DNA of 64,000 bases, taken from Balanoglossus misakiensis (Eukaryota; Animalia; Hemichordata). The notes under the pieces were generated by a model that saw only the letters and a program-made list of their open reading frames with translations, made no database searches and was not told the origin of the DNA. Within the stretch, counting starts at the first letter, position 1; every line of letters starts with the position of its first letter. Position numbers and translations under genes: made by a program. Shown here in pieces: positions 10,101-20,800 of the stretch. The DNA lies in assembly GCA_040954595.2 (NCBI GenBank), contig CM082588.2, positions 7,422,744 to 7,486,743 on the forward strand, read 5' to 3'.

Positions 10101-13100
10101 CCTTGATTACTGTAGTTTGTGATACTGTCTCTTTCTCTTCCCCCTCTCTTTCTCTCTCCCTCTCTCATTCACTCTTTGTGTTTACATTTGATTATCTTAT
10201 GGACAAGTTCTTAGAAAATTTTAGACATTCTTGAAGTAACTGGTGTCTTTTGAGGTAATACCCCTTGCTGTTTTATGTTCAGTTATCAGATCATTTGATG
10301 TAAACAAACCTGGCTGTGAAGTGGATGATCTTAAAGGTGGTGTTGCTGGTGGCAGTATTCTCAGAGGTGTTCTAAAGGTGAGGTCGTCATTCAAAATAAT
10401 AAAAATGCTGCTACCAAAATGTTCCTGGAATGTTCAATGTATCAATAGGAGAATGGGGCAGTTATGTTTAGTGTTGAATTATTTTGAATTGAGGTTCTCA
10501 GTTACACTGAGTTTAATACGTTTGAAAAAATTCAGTGAATTTTAGTGCTCTTATAGTCTTATTAGTGATAAAAGCTATGTATATCCTAACATTAATTGTT
10601 TTGTAATTTGGTAAATAGTTGGAATAGTCTAAATAGTTGGAATGATAACTATATCAGTAGGAGAATGAGAAAGTTATATTTTGTGTTGAAATATTTTGAA
10701 TTGAGTTTCTGAAATATATGTTACACTTAGTTTGGTATGGTTAGAAACATACTGTGATGTGTAAAGATTTAATTGGTGTAATAATGGCTATGTAAATCCT
10801 GATGTTGAGTGTGTTTTGTAACTTTGCAGGTTGGACAAGAAGTTGAAGTCAGGCCAGGAATTGTCTCCAAGGATCAGGATGGGAAGTTGATGTGTCGACC
10901 TATCTTCTCCAAGATTGTGTCTCTGTATGCCGAACAGAATGATTTACAGTATGCTGTGCCAGGTGGACTGATTGGTGAGTGGAGAATGGAAACTGAGTAT
11001 TTAGTGGTTTGAGTGCACTGGGAATTGTTGCTGCCTTAAATAGGTGTTCACTTTGCGCTAGGGGGTCAAATCCCATTGCATTCTGGTCAAAAAGTCGACA
11101 ACCCACTGTAGAAAGAACTCCTTTTCCTTTAAAAATGGCAAAAATCAGCCATCTTGAAATTGTGTCGACCATGTGAGATTTTTATCACCCACTTAGGTAG
11201 CCAAAAACCTATTTAAGGTCGGGAGAATTATGGTTAGTGTGTTTGGATTAAAGCCCCAATAACTCCATTTTGGGCAATTTTCTGAACTGCTCAGTATTTT
11301 TTTAACAACCATTTTGTGGGAGCCACCATTGTTGTTATTGAAATATGAATATCAAATTCTGGACATGAATTCATTTGTCAACAACAACAATGGTCGTTAC
11401 TCATGTATAGGCTTTGTTGCGAAGCATAAGACTGAACATTTCTCTAAGCTGTCCAGAGTAGAAGAAGAAAGTTGAAAAATACTGGAAAAATAATTGCTGA
11501 AAGTTAGCATTACTGCCTGGGGCTTTAAGTAGCACTGGTTATTTGTGTTTGGAAGTAACAATGTTTGGGCTGGAACTTAACAGTAAGTAGGTTGACAATT
11601 GGTTATGCTGTAGTGTAGGGGGGGGGGGAGTTGTGGTCTGTTTATTGGTGGGTTTTGTGTTGTTATTTTGTGGCTTGAAATTGACTGACTACACCTTTCC
11701 CCCACGACAGGTGTCGGTACGAAGATTGACCCCACTCTGTGCCGTGCTGACAGAATGGTTGGTCAAGTGCTGGGATCTGTTGGGGCTCTGCCTGACATCT
11801 ACACAGAGTTGGAAATTTCCTACTTTCTGCTCCGTCGATTGCTCGGTGTTCGTACAGAAGGAGACAAGAAGGGAGCCAAGGTAGGTTGTGTTGCGTCACT
11901 GTCGTGATTTTTGTTCATATTATCCCCTCCCCCCCCAAGGGAATGGTCTTGAACTTCTTCATGCAAAATCATAAATACTGTATGACATATGAATATTCAA
12001 ATTAAAACTTTCAGGTGATCTACTGTAAACAGTGTACGAAATAAAGCCTGTCCGACAGTCCGAGACTGGTTGTTTTTCTGTCGGACTGGTAAAAATAAAA
12101 TGTTACCAGTCCGACAGACAGGTTGAATTTAGCATGGGAGTTAACCAGTGGTATCATGGCATCTCTTTGACTTTCCCCAGTTCATGTATTGCAAATAAAA
12201 GAAACAATGATGTAAAAGCTTGAAAATTATCCAATCAAAGTAATGTAAAGAGAAAGATGATTCCATGTTCACAGATGAGGTAATAGCTTCTCAGTTGTAT
12301 TTGATTACATTTGATTGTAAGGCATAATATCAGGACTGGTAAGTTTTTGGGAGGACTGGCATCTATTTGAAGTTGCCAGTCCTGGTGACTGGTTGATATT
12401 TTCTACGAATTTCAAACACTGCTGTAAAACGTGTTATTTTCGCGACAAGAAAGTTTTGCTATATCAAAGAAAAGTATAGTAACTGTTATGCAAGAATTAA
12501 GTTTCGCGTTCCTGTATTTCACTAACTGCATTGTTATCTCTGAAAAACATTTTACACGACTTTTTATTTTCACGTTTTATTGGCTTTCGTGTATTTCATG
12601 AAAATTTATTGCTTGCGAGAATAACCCGTTTTATAGTATTTTTAGTTACAACAATGAAAATCAATACTTGTGTGTCACAAAATGCTGATGGTTTTCGTAC
12701 GTTTGCATTTGTGTTGCCTAGGTTCAAAAACTGGCCAAGAATGAAGTGTTGATGGTCAACATTGGTTCCCTGTCAACTGGAGGCAGGGTGTCTGCTGTGA
12801 AGGCTGATTTGGCCAAGATTATGCTGACCAACCCAGTGTGTACGGAGATCGGTGAAAAGATTGCTCTCAGCAGAAGAGTGGAAAAACATTGGAGGTGAGT
12901 TTACAAATCTTTTGAAAGTCTGATTTACGTGGTTCACACAGCACCCCAAAAGTCTGTGCGTTTGTGGAATATTTAAGCAATAAAACACCCCCAGCCATGG
13001 TATACCACGAGATTTTGACCTGTTCAAGACATTTGCTATCGCTCGTGCGTATATGGAGTTGAACTGCTCAAAATCGAGTGGTATACCATGGCTGGGGGTG

Positions 13101-13926
13101 TTTTATTGCTATTATATTATACCGGTATATTGAAACTTTGCATAAAACATTTTAAAAAGGCATTTTCTTTGACTATGAGTTTTGCGTGATATATGACTGT
13201 GGTATGTGACGAATATATCACAGTCACGTGTCGTGTCTCGACCAATAAAATAGCATGATTTACACCATCAATATACTGGTATAATATAATAAAATATATT
13301 TCAAGAAATGTTTGATCTAGCCATGTAGCTGAAATATGCTCTAAGCAGTCATTGGGTGACAACTATTGTGATGTTACTGGTGTCATTCATTAGGCCAAAA
13401 GCAGACTCTTTTGTAAAATTTACTGCAAAGTTCAGTGGTGTATATGATAGCTGGTCATTGGTCAAAACGTCTATCTGAACTCAGCATGTGACTGGCTATA
13501 ATGTTGTAACCCCCATAGAAATGCATATTACCGTTAAAGTCATTTTATAAGACGCGCCTTTTTTGAGTGACAGTGTGTGCCGAAAAGGGGGTGCGACTTA
13601 TAATACCAATGTTCTGTTGTATTCATTTCCTTAAAATCTCCTCCCAAACAAGTCTTTCAAAGAAGGGGTGCGATTTATAATACCGCTGCGACTTATAAAA
13701 TGACTTTAACGGTACTGAAAGAAATTTTATTTGTTATGACTGGCTGTTAGTTCCTCTTGACCACATGTTACTAAAGCATATCTACATCACAGAAGTTAGC
13801 CATATTGTCTTTTAACTCAGTCTGTCTTTTTCTGTTACTTTCTACAGATTGATTGGTTGGGGTCAGATCCGACGAGGTGTCACAGTGAAACCAACAAATC
13901 CGGAAGATGATGAAGACAGGAATTAA
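7108..13926 (+). CDS. EIF2S3: Eukaryotic translation initiation factor 2 subunit gamma (eIF2-gamma), 12 exons, 475 aa
   Basis: Exons 7108-7170, 7852-7915, 8078-8205, 8405-8526, 8933-9027, 9259-9417, 9853-9987, 10283-10377, 10830-10974, 11711-11880, 12722-12894, 13848-13926 (sum 1428 nt, all GT-AG). The product contains [65 protein letters not shown] and [14 protein letters not shown]. Confidence 0.98.
9056..9148. mobile_element. 93-bp TTAA-flanked MITE (piggyBac-like CCC...GGG termini), copy 1
   Basis: TTAACCCATTCACC...CATGGTGGTGAAAGGGTTAA. Homologous copies at 9709-9801, 13923-14015 (inverted) and 18947-19034. Confidence 0.75.
9709..9801. mobile_element. 93-bp TTAA-flanked piggyBac-like MITE, copy 2
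   Basis: TTAACCCGTTCTTCCCC...ATAGAAAACAATAGATTTGGACCAAACCATTGTGGTGAAAGGGTTAA. Confidence 0.75.
10441..10808 (+). repeat. Diverged ~210-bp tandem duplication in EIF2S3 intron 8
   Basis: ATCAATAGGAGAATG...GTGTTGAATTATTTTGAATTGAG...GTTACACT...GCTATGTATATCCT recurs 210 bp later as ATCAGTAGGAGAATG...GTGTTGAAATATTTTGAATTGAG...GTTACACT...GCTATGTAAATCCT. Confidence 0.7.
11248..11528. mobile_element. TTAA-flanked Kolobok-like non-autonomous element
   Basis: TTAAAGCCCCA ... TGGGGCTTTAA termini. A similar right end (TATTGGGGCTTTAA) occurs at 14524-14537. Confidence 0.5.
12030..12421. mobile_element. hAT-like non-autonomous element nested in the terminus of a TACTGTAAAAC MITE
   Basis: Termini CAGTGTACGAAAT / ATTTCAAACACTG, internal repeated GACTGGT/ACCAGTC motifs, and CTGTAAA duplicated on both sides. 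Confidence 0.55.
12422..12638. mobile_element. TACTGTAAAAC-family MITE (Tc1/mariner-pogo-like, TA target), diverged copy
   Basis: CTGTAAAACGTGTTATTTTCGCGA ... TTGCGAGAATAACCCGTTTTATAGTA. Homologous to 27968-28179 and 22426-22843. Confidence 0.65.
12976..13291. mobile_element. Compound double-hairpin non-autonomous element in EIF2S3 intron 11
   Basis: Hairpin 1 (12976-13110): AGCAATAAAACACCCCCAGCCATGGTATACCAC / GTGGTATACCATGGCTGGGGGTGTTTTATTGCT. Hairpin 2 (13110-13291): TATTATATTATACCGGTATATTGA / TCAATATACTGGTATAATATAATA. Confidence 0.7.
13529..13714. mobile_element. Tc1/mariner-pogo-type MITE with 23-bp TIRs and TA ends
   Basis: TACCGTTAAAGTCATTTTATAAG ... CTTATAAAATGACTTTAACGGTA, plus an internal repeat of GGGGTGCGA(C/T)TTATAATACC. 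Confidence 0.8.
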
Positions 13927-14015
13927 CCCCTTCACCACAATGGTTCAGTCCAAATCCATTGTTTTCTATGGCAGAATTGTAGACCTCTGGAGGGAACTAG
14001 GGGTTGAAGGGTTAA
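13923..14015. mobile_element. 93-bp piggyBac-like MITE, copy 3, whose TTAA overlaps the EIF2S3 stop codon
   Basis: AAT-TAA stop, then CCCCTTCACCACAATGGTTCAGTCCAAATCCATTGTTTTCTATGG...GAAGGGTTAA, the reverse complement of the 9056 and 9709 copies. Confidence 0.75.
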
Positions 14016-16956
14016 TTAAACCGACCAAAAATAGTGGCCATAGTGAATATTTTCATTTCAGTTATCCCCCAACAACTGTGTCAAAACTTTACACCCCCTT
14101 ACATGTAAGTGCTCCACCCTCAGATCTCTGATGGTATAGCCCGAGTCTTGGAGAACAATGAAGTTATTCCACCATTGGGGAATTGATAGGGTGACAGCAC
14201 AAGCAAACATTTCATCGATGGATTTTTGTAATAAAAACAAAAAATCGAATGTTGGAGTCATGGCCAGTTCTAGGAGTCCATTTTGAATTGTAAGAACGAC
14301 TTCCCTAAAAACTTGAACAACATTTTTTGTTTACAATAGTATCATATTACATACTGAAGACATATAAATACTTACTGTATTTAACCCATTGCTGCATTTC
14401 TTTAAAAGTGCACAATTACCAGGTATAAACTGCAGTCTTTTTGTCATTGTTACGAACATTTCTTGTCAAAATGGGCCATTCTAAATTTGAAAATATAATC
14501 ATGAAAATAATCCAAAATACCAGTATTGGGGCTTTAATGCAAAGCAATTCATGCCAATAAGAAATGCCAATGTCAACTAATCTAGGCCTTTAAAAAAAAG
14601 TCCCACCTGGTGGACATAGTATTCCTACGAATCTGTATCATAACTGAAATATGGCTAATGCTGGCACTACTTGAGTTTTGTCATGTTTTCTTCCAAGGAA
14701 TCTGTGTTCTCAAAGAGCAGTTCACAAGTTTGAGAAAACACAAATTTGTTATAACAAAGGATTATATTGTTACGTTAATTATCAATGCTGTATGAAAAAG
14801 TCTCGGGGAGAACCCTGGGAATTCTTTTCAATGTGCAGTGAACATTTCCCAGCATTCTTTTCACCTTGCATGACTAGCCAATCACAAACTGAGGCAAAAT
14901 AGGGGCTTGCTGAGATTCCAATGTTTAGAGAGAATCGACCCACTGTGTTATCTTTTGTTAGACAGTTTTGTTATGTAGAATAAGTATTTTTCTCCGCATT
15001 CTTTCAATTTCTGTTTCACTTCCAAAATGATGACTCGGAAAAAAATTCAGGATAGTGACACTGTCACTTTGCAATTTTAGATTATTCACAAATTGTGCAG
15101 TTCAATCCATTAATCGATGAATAAACAGTCATTTATCAGACACTACATCTGTGCATTTGTGGTATCATTGAGTATTCCTTTCTATTGCTGAACATTGGAT
15201 TTTTATTCAACAGGTCAATTACACAGTGGCCATGAAAAAAGGTTTGCAGAAGCAGTAATTGACAAGTTTATTTTGATAAATTGTGTTTCATGGAAGTGAA
15301 TGGGGATATGTGTGGAGATTTGTTCAGTTCTGGTCAGTTACTCTAGCTAGCTGTGGAAATACAGCTGTACTGATTGGGGTGGAGATGCTGATTACCCCCC
15401 GCCATTTCCAGTTTTAGTAGTGATACTGCTAGTATAGCAAGAATTAACAACAATGATAATGAAGATGACCCAAATAACATTGAACACAGTGTGTCGTTCA
15501 AGGAGCTAGGGGTAAGTCATATTACAGGAGAAGACGGTAATTATGAAGGTTGGCTAAAACTAGAAGCATGCTTACCATATCCGACAAAGAAATTTGACAA
15601 GAATGCAATTTCAGTCAACTGAGATGTGAGCAATGGATATAGCAGCATATATTGGCTTTAACAACAAGTGAATAAACAAAATATGTTCACAAAGATCATC
15701 TTCTATTTGCTGTTGTACTATTGGTCTCCTCTTCACATCTCAGTTTCTTTAGTTTTCTTGGAGTTGGAGTACTTGTTGCTGCACTATGCAATCTTGTTGA
15801 CATTTTGGGTTTTCTGTTGAAAAGATGAATTTACTATTAGAACTGAACAAGGGTCTGTGACAAAACATTATGACTACTAAATTGATGACATTCGGGAAAA
15901 AATGAGGTACAATCACAATTACCCAACATGATGATTAACATTTGATTTAACATTGCATTAATTGACTAGATTAGATTTTTTCCTGCGCTCTTTTCGCAGT
16001 GAATTTTCTTTCGAAAGTTCTTCTGATCTGAGTTTTATTGCACAAAAATGCAACTAGAAATAATGCTTTAAAACATCAAATACCAACAGTTTGCACAAAT
16101 AGCTGTTACACACAGTGGGTGGCGAGTGGTACAATCTGTCCAGCTCAAAGCTGGGCGCGGCCTATAAGTAACTGGATAACCACGAAGAAAGATTATAGTC
16201 TCATAGAGGGCGTCTGCATTGGTAAATATTTAACAGACTGGAAGCCAGATATGATATGGTACAAGATGGAGGCAGAATTCTGAAAAGTTCTTTCTATGCT
16301 AAAAGTAAGTGTTTTCTTGTTGCAGTCTCCTATAATCCTTAACAGATATGGAAATTAAGTGCATAAAGAATCATTTGAATTGTATTTTTGAACAGCTTTC
16401 CTATAAAATAATAGTTTAAAAGGTAAATCTACTTGTGTTAGGGGGTCACCTGGGGTGACTTTTAGTCGTTGTTTTTAGTAGCTATTTCCTTGTACCATTT
16501 TTGGGATCAGAAATGCATATACTGTGATAGAACAAAAATAGTATATATCATTGCTAATATTTTAGATTGTCCAGCTAAATTCACAGACTAAACTGGTATC
16601 ATAATAAGATCTGAAAGTAGTTGAAATTTGTGTGTAAACTCATACCACTTGCTGTCGGGCTACTGCTGCGATCAGTACACCCAACTTATAACTCTGCCAT
16701 TCCTTGGTTGTATATATAATGTTCTATGGAGTCCATACACCATTGGTCCTGAATTCCCGCCAGTAAATTGTAGCCTGAGGCCAATCAGATTGCACGTTAC
16801 GTCGATCTGAACTGAAGGATACCTGTCATTCTCTATAAGGCATGCCTTCTGATTGGTTTACATGTGCAGCATACTCAATGTACTGAATAAATTCAGCAGG
16901 TGTATATAAGCAGCTGATGTTACTTGAGACTTTTATTCTCATGAATGCAGGTTAAA

Positions 16957-17830
16957 ATGGCATCTTTGCAAGCTGAAGACTGTCGAAAAACACCTTCAAA
17001 ATCAACACTTGATCCATTCAAGGTGTATCTTAATGACCTGGCAAAGGAGATAACCCAAGGTGTGTAGACCTTTGTGTATAATTGCTTTCAGAATTCAGGG
17101 TGAACAGAAATAGGCTTGTGTGTTTTAGCTCTTCCCAGTAGGAGAAAGCTGTGATTCCTACATGAAAAAACTACTTTGTAGAGTAAGAATCCAATTTCTA
17201 TGATCCATTACTCACAGATGCCTATCATTTCACCCAAATTTAGTGCTGCACAAGAGTGTAGATTTGAATCCACATACCAAAACAATACTGTACTAGTTAT
17301 GTACACATCAGGGCTTTCAAATAGCTATTTTATTATGAATTTTTCATGTCCAGAGCAGTTTACTCAGAGACATAAAATTGTTGAAGTGAATGTCAGTTTG
17401 AATTTATAAATGTATGTTTTATGATAATGATTCATTATGGCTGCCAGTATAGTAGAACTAATTTGATCACCGATGCTCAAACCATCTAATTTGACCAGTT
17501 AGTCTTAACTCAGAAGAACTTTCGAATAAAGCCAAAGGTCACCAGGAGGCCAGAGTCCAAAAGGTTAATGGTTTTTATTGCAAAATAAAGTTTAAAATTT
17601 TCTTTTTTCTTTACTAAAGATGGACTGTGTAGCTTGCTAGAGGCAGTTGATGCTGTTGTAGATCCACCAATCAACAAAAGAGAAGCACAAGAAATTCAAC
17701 GTCCATATGGTTTGTTTGAAAAGTTACGTGAACACGGACATTTATCAAGGGACAAACCAGAGACACTTGTTGAGCTGTTAAAGAATGCCAGACTTTACAT
17801 GTTAGCGAAGCATGTAGAAGTTCGATATGA
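16957..17830 (+). other. Death effector domain (DED) coding segment, split over exons 1-2
   Basis: Spliced sequence DPFKVYLNDLAKEITQDGLCSLLEAVDAVVDPPINKREAQEIQRPYGLFEKLREHGHLSRDKPETLVELLKNARLYMLAKHV follows the FADD/caspase-8 DED pattern (DPF..L..L...L....L..L; KR..E.I....LF..L.E...L......L.ELL). The RxDL motif is degenerate. Confidence 0.75.
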
Positions 17831-20800
17831 GAAAAAGTTTGACAGTGATTACCCATATGAGGAAGTCACAAGAGAAGTCGAGTCTAGGATGAAATCTGAT
17901 AGCCAGAAACAGATAAGTGACAGAAGAGAGAGTTTGCCAACATTTCCAACTGAGAGGACCTCGGCAGGACCTGGACAGTTACCATCTACCTCACAGCATC
18001 CAAGTCCAGTCACCGGAGAAGTGCAGTCATCCACAGTAGAATCTCATTGTAAGGACTTTGAAGTATTTTGTGATAATACATTCATATTATGCACATATCA
18101 TAAGCAGCCTCAATTGTTCAACCAGAATTTAAAAATTACAATTTTGAAAGATGAAATGATGGAAAATAATTAGTCTATCTTCAGCTGGTTGTACTGATTG
18201 AAACACATTTTGAGGTTTTCTGACCCTTTGAAAAAGTGCCACGCAGAATTAAAATGGTCATGAGTAGAATTATTCTTGCCTATAATACCAGCCTACATCA
18301 GGTTTTGAATGCTCTCATTTTGTAACCTAAATGGCCAAATTTATGGAGTTTAATTGTAAATTTTGGAACAAAATTGGAAGTGGTGTACCGTATTTGGAGC
18401 AGCAAATACTTAGAGTGATTATCAGAGTAATTGAAATATATTTTATAAGGAATTCCACATGCAAGAATTAATTCACCCATTTTTCACATACTTCTGGTAT
18501 TTCAGATGTCGGTGATGTTACTGCTAGCAGTTCAGTTAGTCCAGCTGCAACACAGAGAGAGATGAGGAGAATGATGACAGATCCAGACGGTAAAACCACA
18601 AGTATGCAACATCACATAGACAGACGTCAAATATTTCAAAGACCTCAAAGACTGCAGTTACCATCACCTAGGCAACAAAACAATTTAGCAGTTAAAGACA
18701 CAAACGAGAAAGGTAGGATTTTAAACAAAACTATGCCAGAGCAGTTCCAGATACACATTACTAATCAATGATAGCCATTCAATGATTCCCACGAGGGTAT
18801 AAGTACAGTATTGACAGACAGCTTTGATCTTTTATGTAATCATCCCAAACTTCATGTTAAAAATAAATTCTCATGGAGGGAAATGGAAGACGTGTCCTGC
18901 ATTTTATGTGTGTCAATGTGCACTGCAGCAAGTGCAAATGTATCAGCTAAGCCTTTCACCCATTTCCTTCTTCAGTATTTCAACTAATAAAAAAACTGTG
19001 GATTTTGAGCAAACCAAGGCGATGAAAGGGTTAAATGTTTTATGTCAACAGTATGTTTTTACAAGTAATAATGAAGCATGATCACAATTAAACAATTGAG
19101 TCTGGGACTGTGGATGGGAATTGTTGAAATGAAATTTCCACCACCAAAACTATGTCAAACAATTAGTTGAACAAAATGGTCAAAAATCATGATTACTGTA
19201 ACAAAACCTGCTTCTGTCATATCACTGTGTCAAATAGTTTTGAATTACAAGTTATAAACACATACTAATTGTGTGTTCTTTTTTCAGATAATTACCTCAA
19301 ACCAACCATCATATTCCTGGCTGAAAAGTGGAGTCGTGTGAAGGATACTGTATCTGCCCTCAACTGTCAACTTGCCAACAGTGTAGCCGAAGACAGGCAA
19401 CATAAAACATGCTGTGTTGTTTTGGAGGCAAGTGATGCAGAAAGGAAAGATGCAGCTGATTGTGGAGTTGAGTTGATACTTCCATGTATAAGAGAGGACG
19501 TGATTGAGAGATACAAGAATGACCAACCAAAGTCTGATTGGTTTCTTTCTCCAGAGGAGTTCTTCACAAATCTCACAGAGTTGCAAAATGTGAAGTACAT
19601 TGTGGAACATGTTCAGTCTTCAACTAAATTGCTTGTGGCAAGTGTCTTCAGAGATCGATATCATCATTTCAAAGATGCCGACATTGTACTGATAAATCAT
19701 GCCGTTGCATTAGATAACATGTACAAAGACCACTTGAAATTTGCTGAATCAGCATTTGCAGTTTTCTCTGTGGGACCGGACACCTTTGAACAGTACAAGG
19801 AACTCTACCAAACAACTGAAGTTCAAATTAGACACGAATTGTATCTTCCAAAACCTGAAAAAGAGTTTTTTGATCTTAAGGTACTGGATCAAACAGAAAA
19901 GGCAAGTGACTTGAAACAAATCTTGACTGTAATAACTGGTGAAGATGTGGACTCCACACGATATAAAAAACTTGCTGCTGAAGTGGGTATAACAGCTGAG
20001 ACATTTGATTTAATGTGTCCAGCAGTTCCGTCGTGGTGTGTTCGAACTCCAACAAAAGATGATCTTGATAACACAAGAGACATTTTGACAAAGAACTTAA
20101 AGTGTTCCTGTTTATTACCAAACATTAATCCCCCATACGGCTCTCAAGATGAGATTTACAGAGATTTCCTTCAGAGTAATGTCTGTATTATACCACCCGA
20201 TGAGCCATTCAGCATGCAGGGATTGCGATCCATTGCTGCAGGACTACCTGTGTTAGTTCCGGAAAGAACTGCCTTAGCAGCATTTATGAAAACATACTTT
20301 GGAGAAGAAGCAAAGGACTTCCTGTATGACCCTGCAGTTTACAAGCATTTATCAAGACAGATTTGTAAGATGTTGAACACAAAAAGTGAAATACCCACAG
20401 CAACACGTTTAAAGAATATATATCGCCACCACACAGAGATCTCTGACAGTCATGAAAAGTTCAGATCTTGCTTCAAGAAACTTCAAAGTAAGTGTCTTTA
20501 CCACAAACAATTTTTCAGCAATATCAAAACCAATGGTTAACCACACAGAGAAACAGGAGTGTACTAGTGGCACACAAACATTCAGAAAGAAATACTTTTG
20601 TTTACTAAAATCATAAAGTTGATCTAGAAAAGAGTTGTAGCATTAAATTCTATGGTCAAAATATGCAGGTATTTTACAGGAGATATTTCATTCAAATGAT
20701 TATGGGAAAAATCAATCAAGACACTTTTGATTTTCATGAAAATCACAATTACTAGAACCGGTATATGCAGGAATATATAATTCCAGTTTGACTATGCCCA

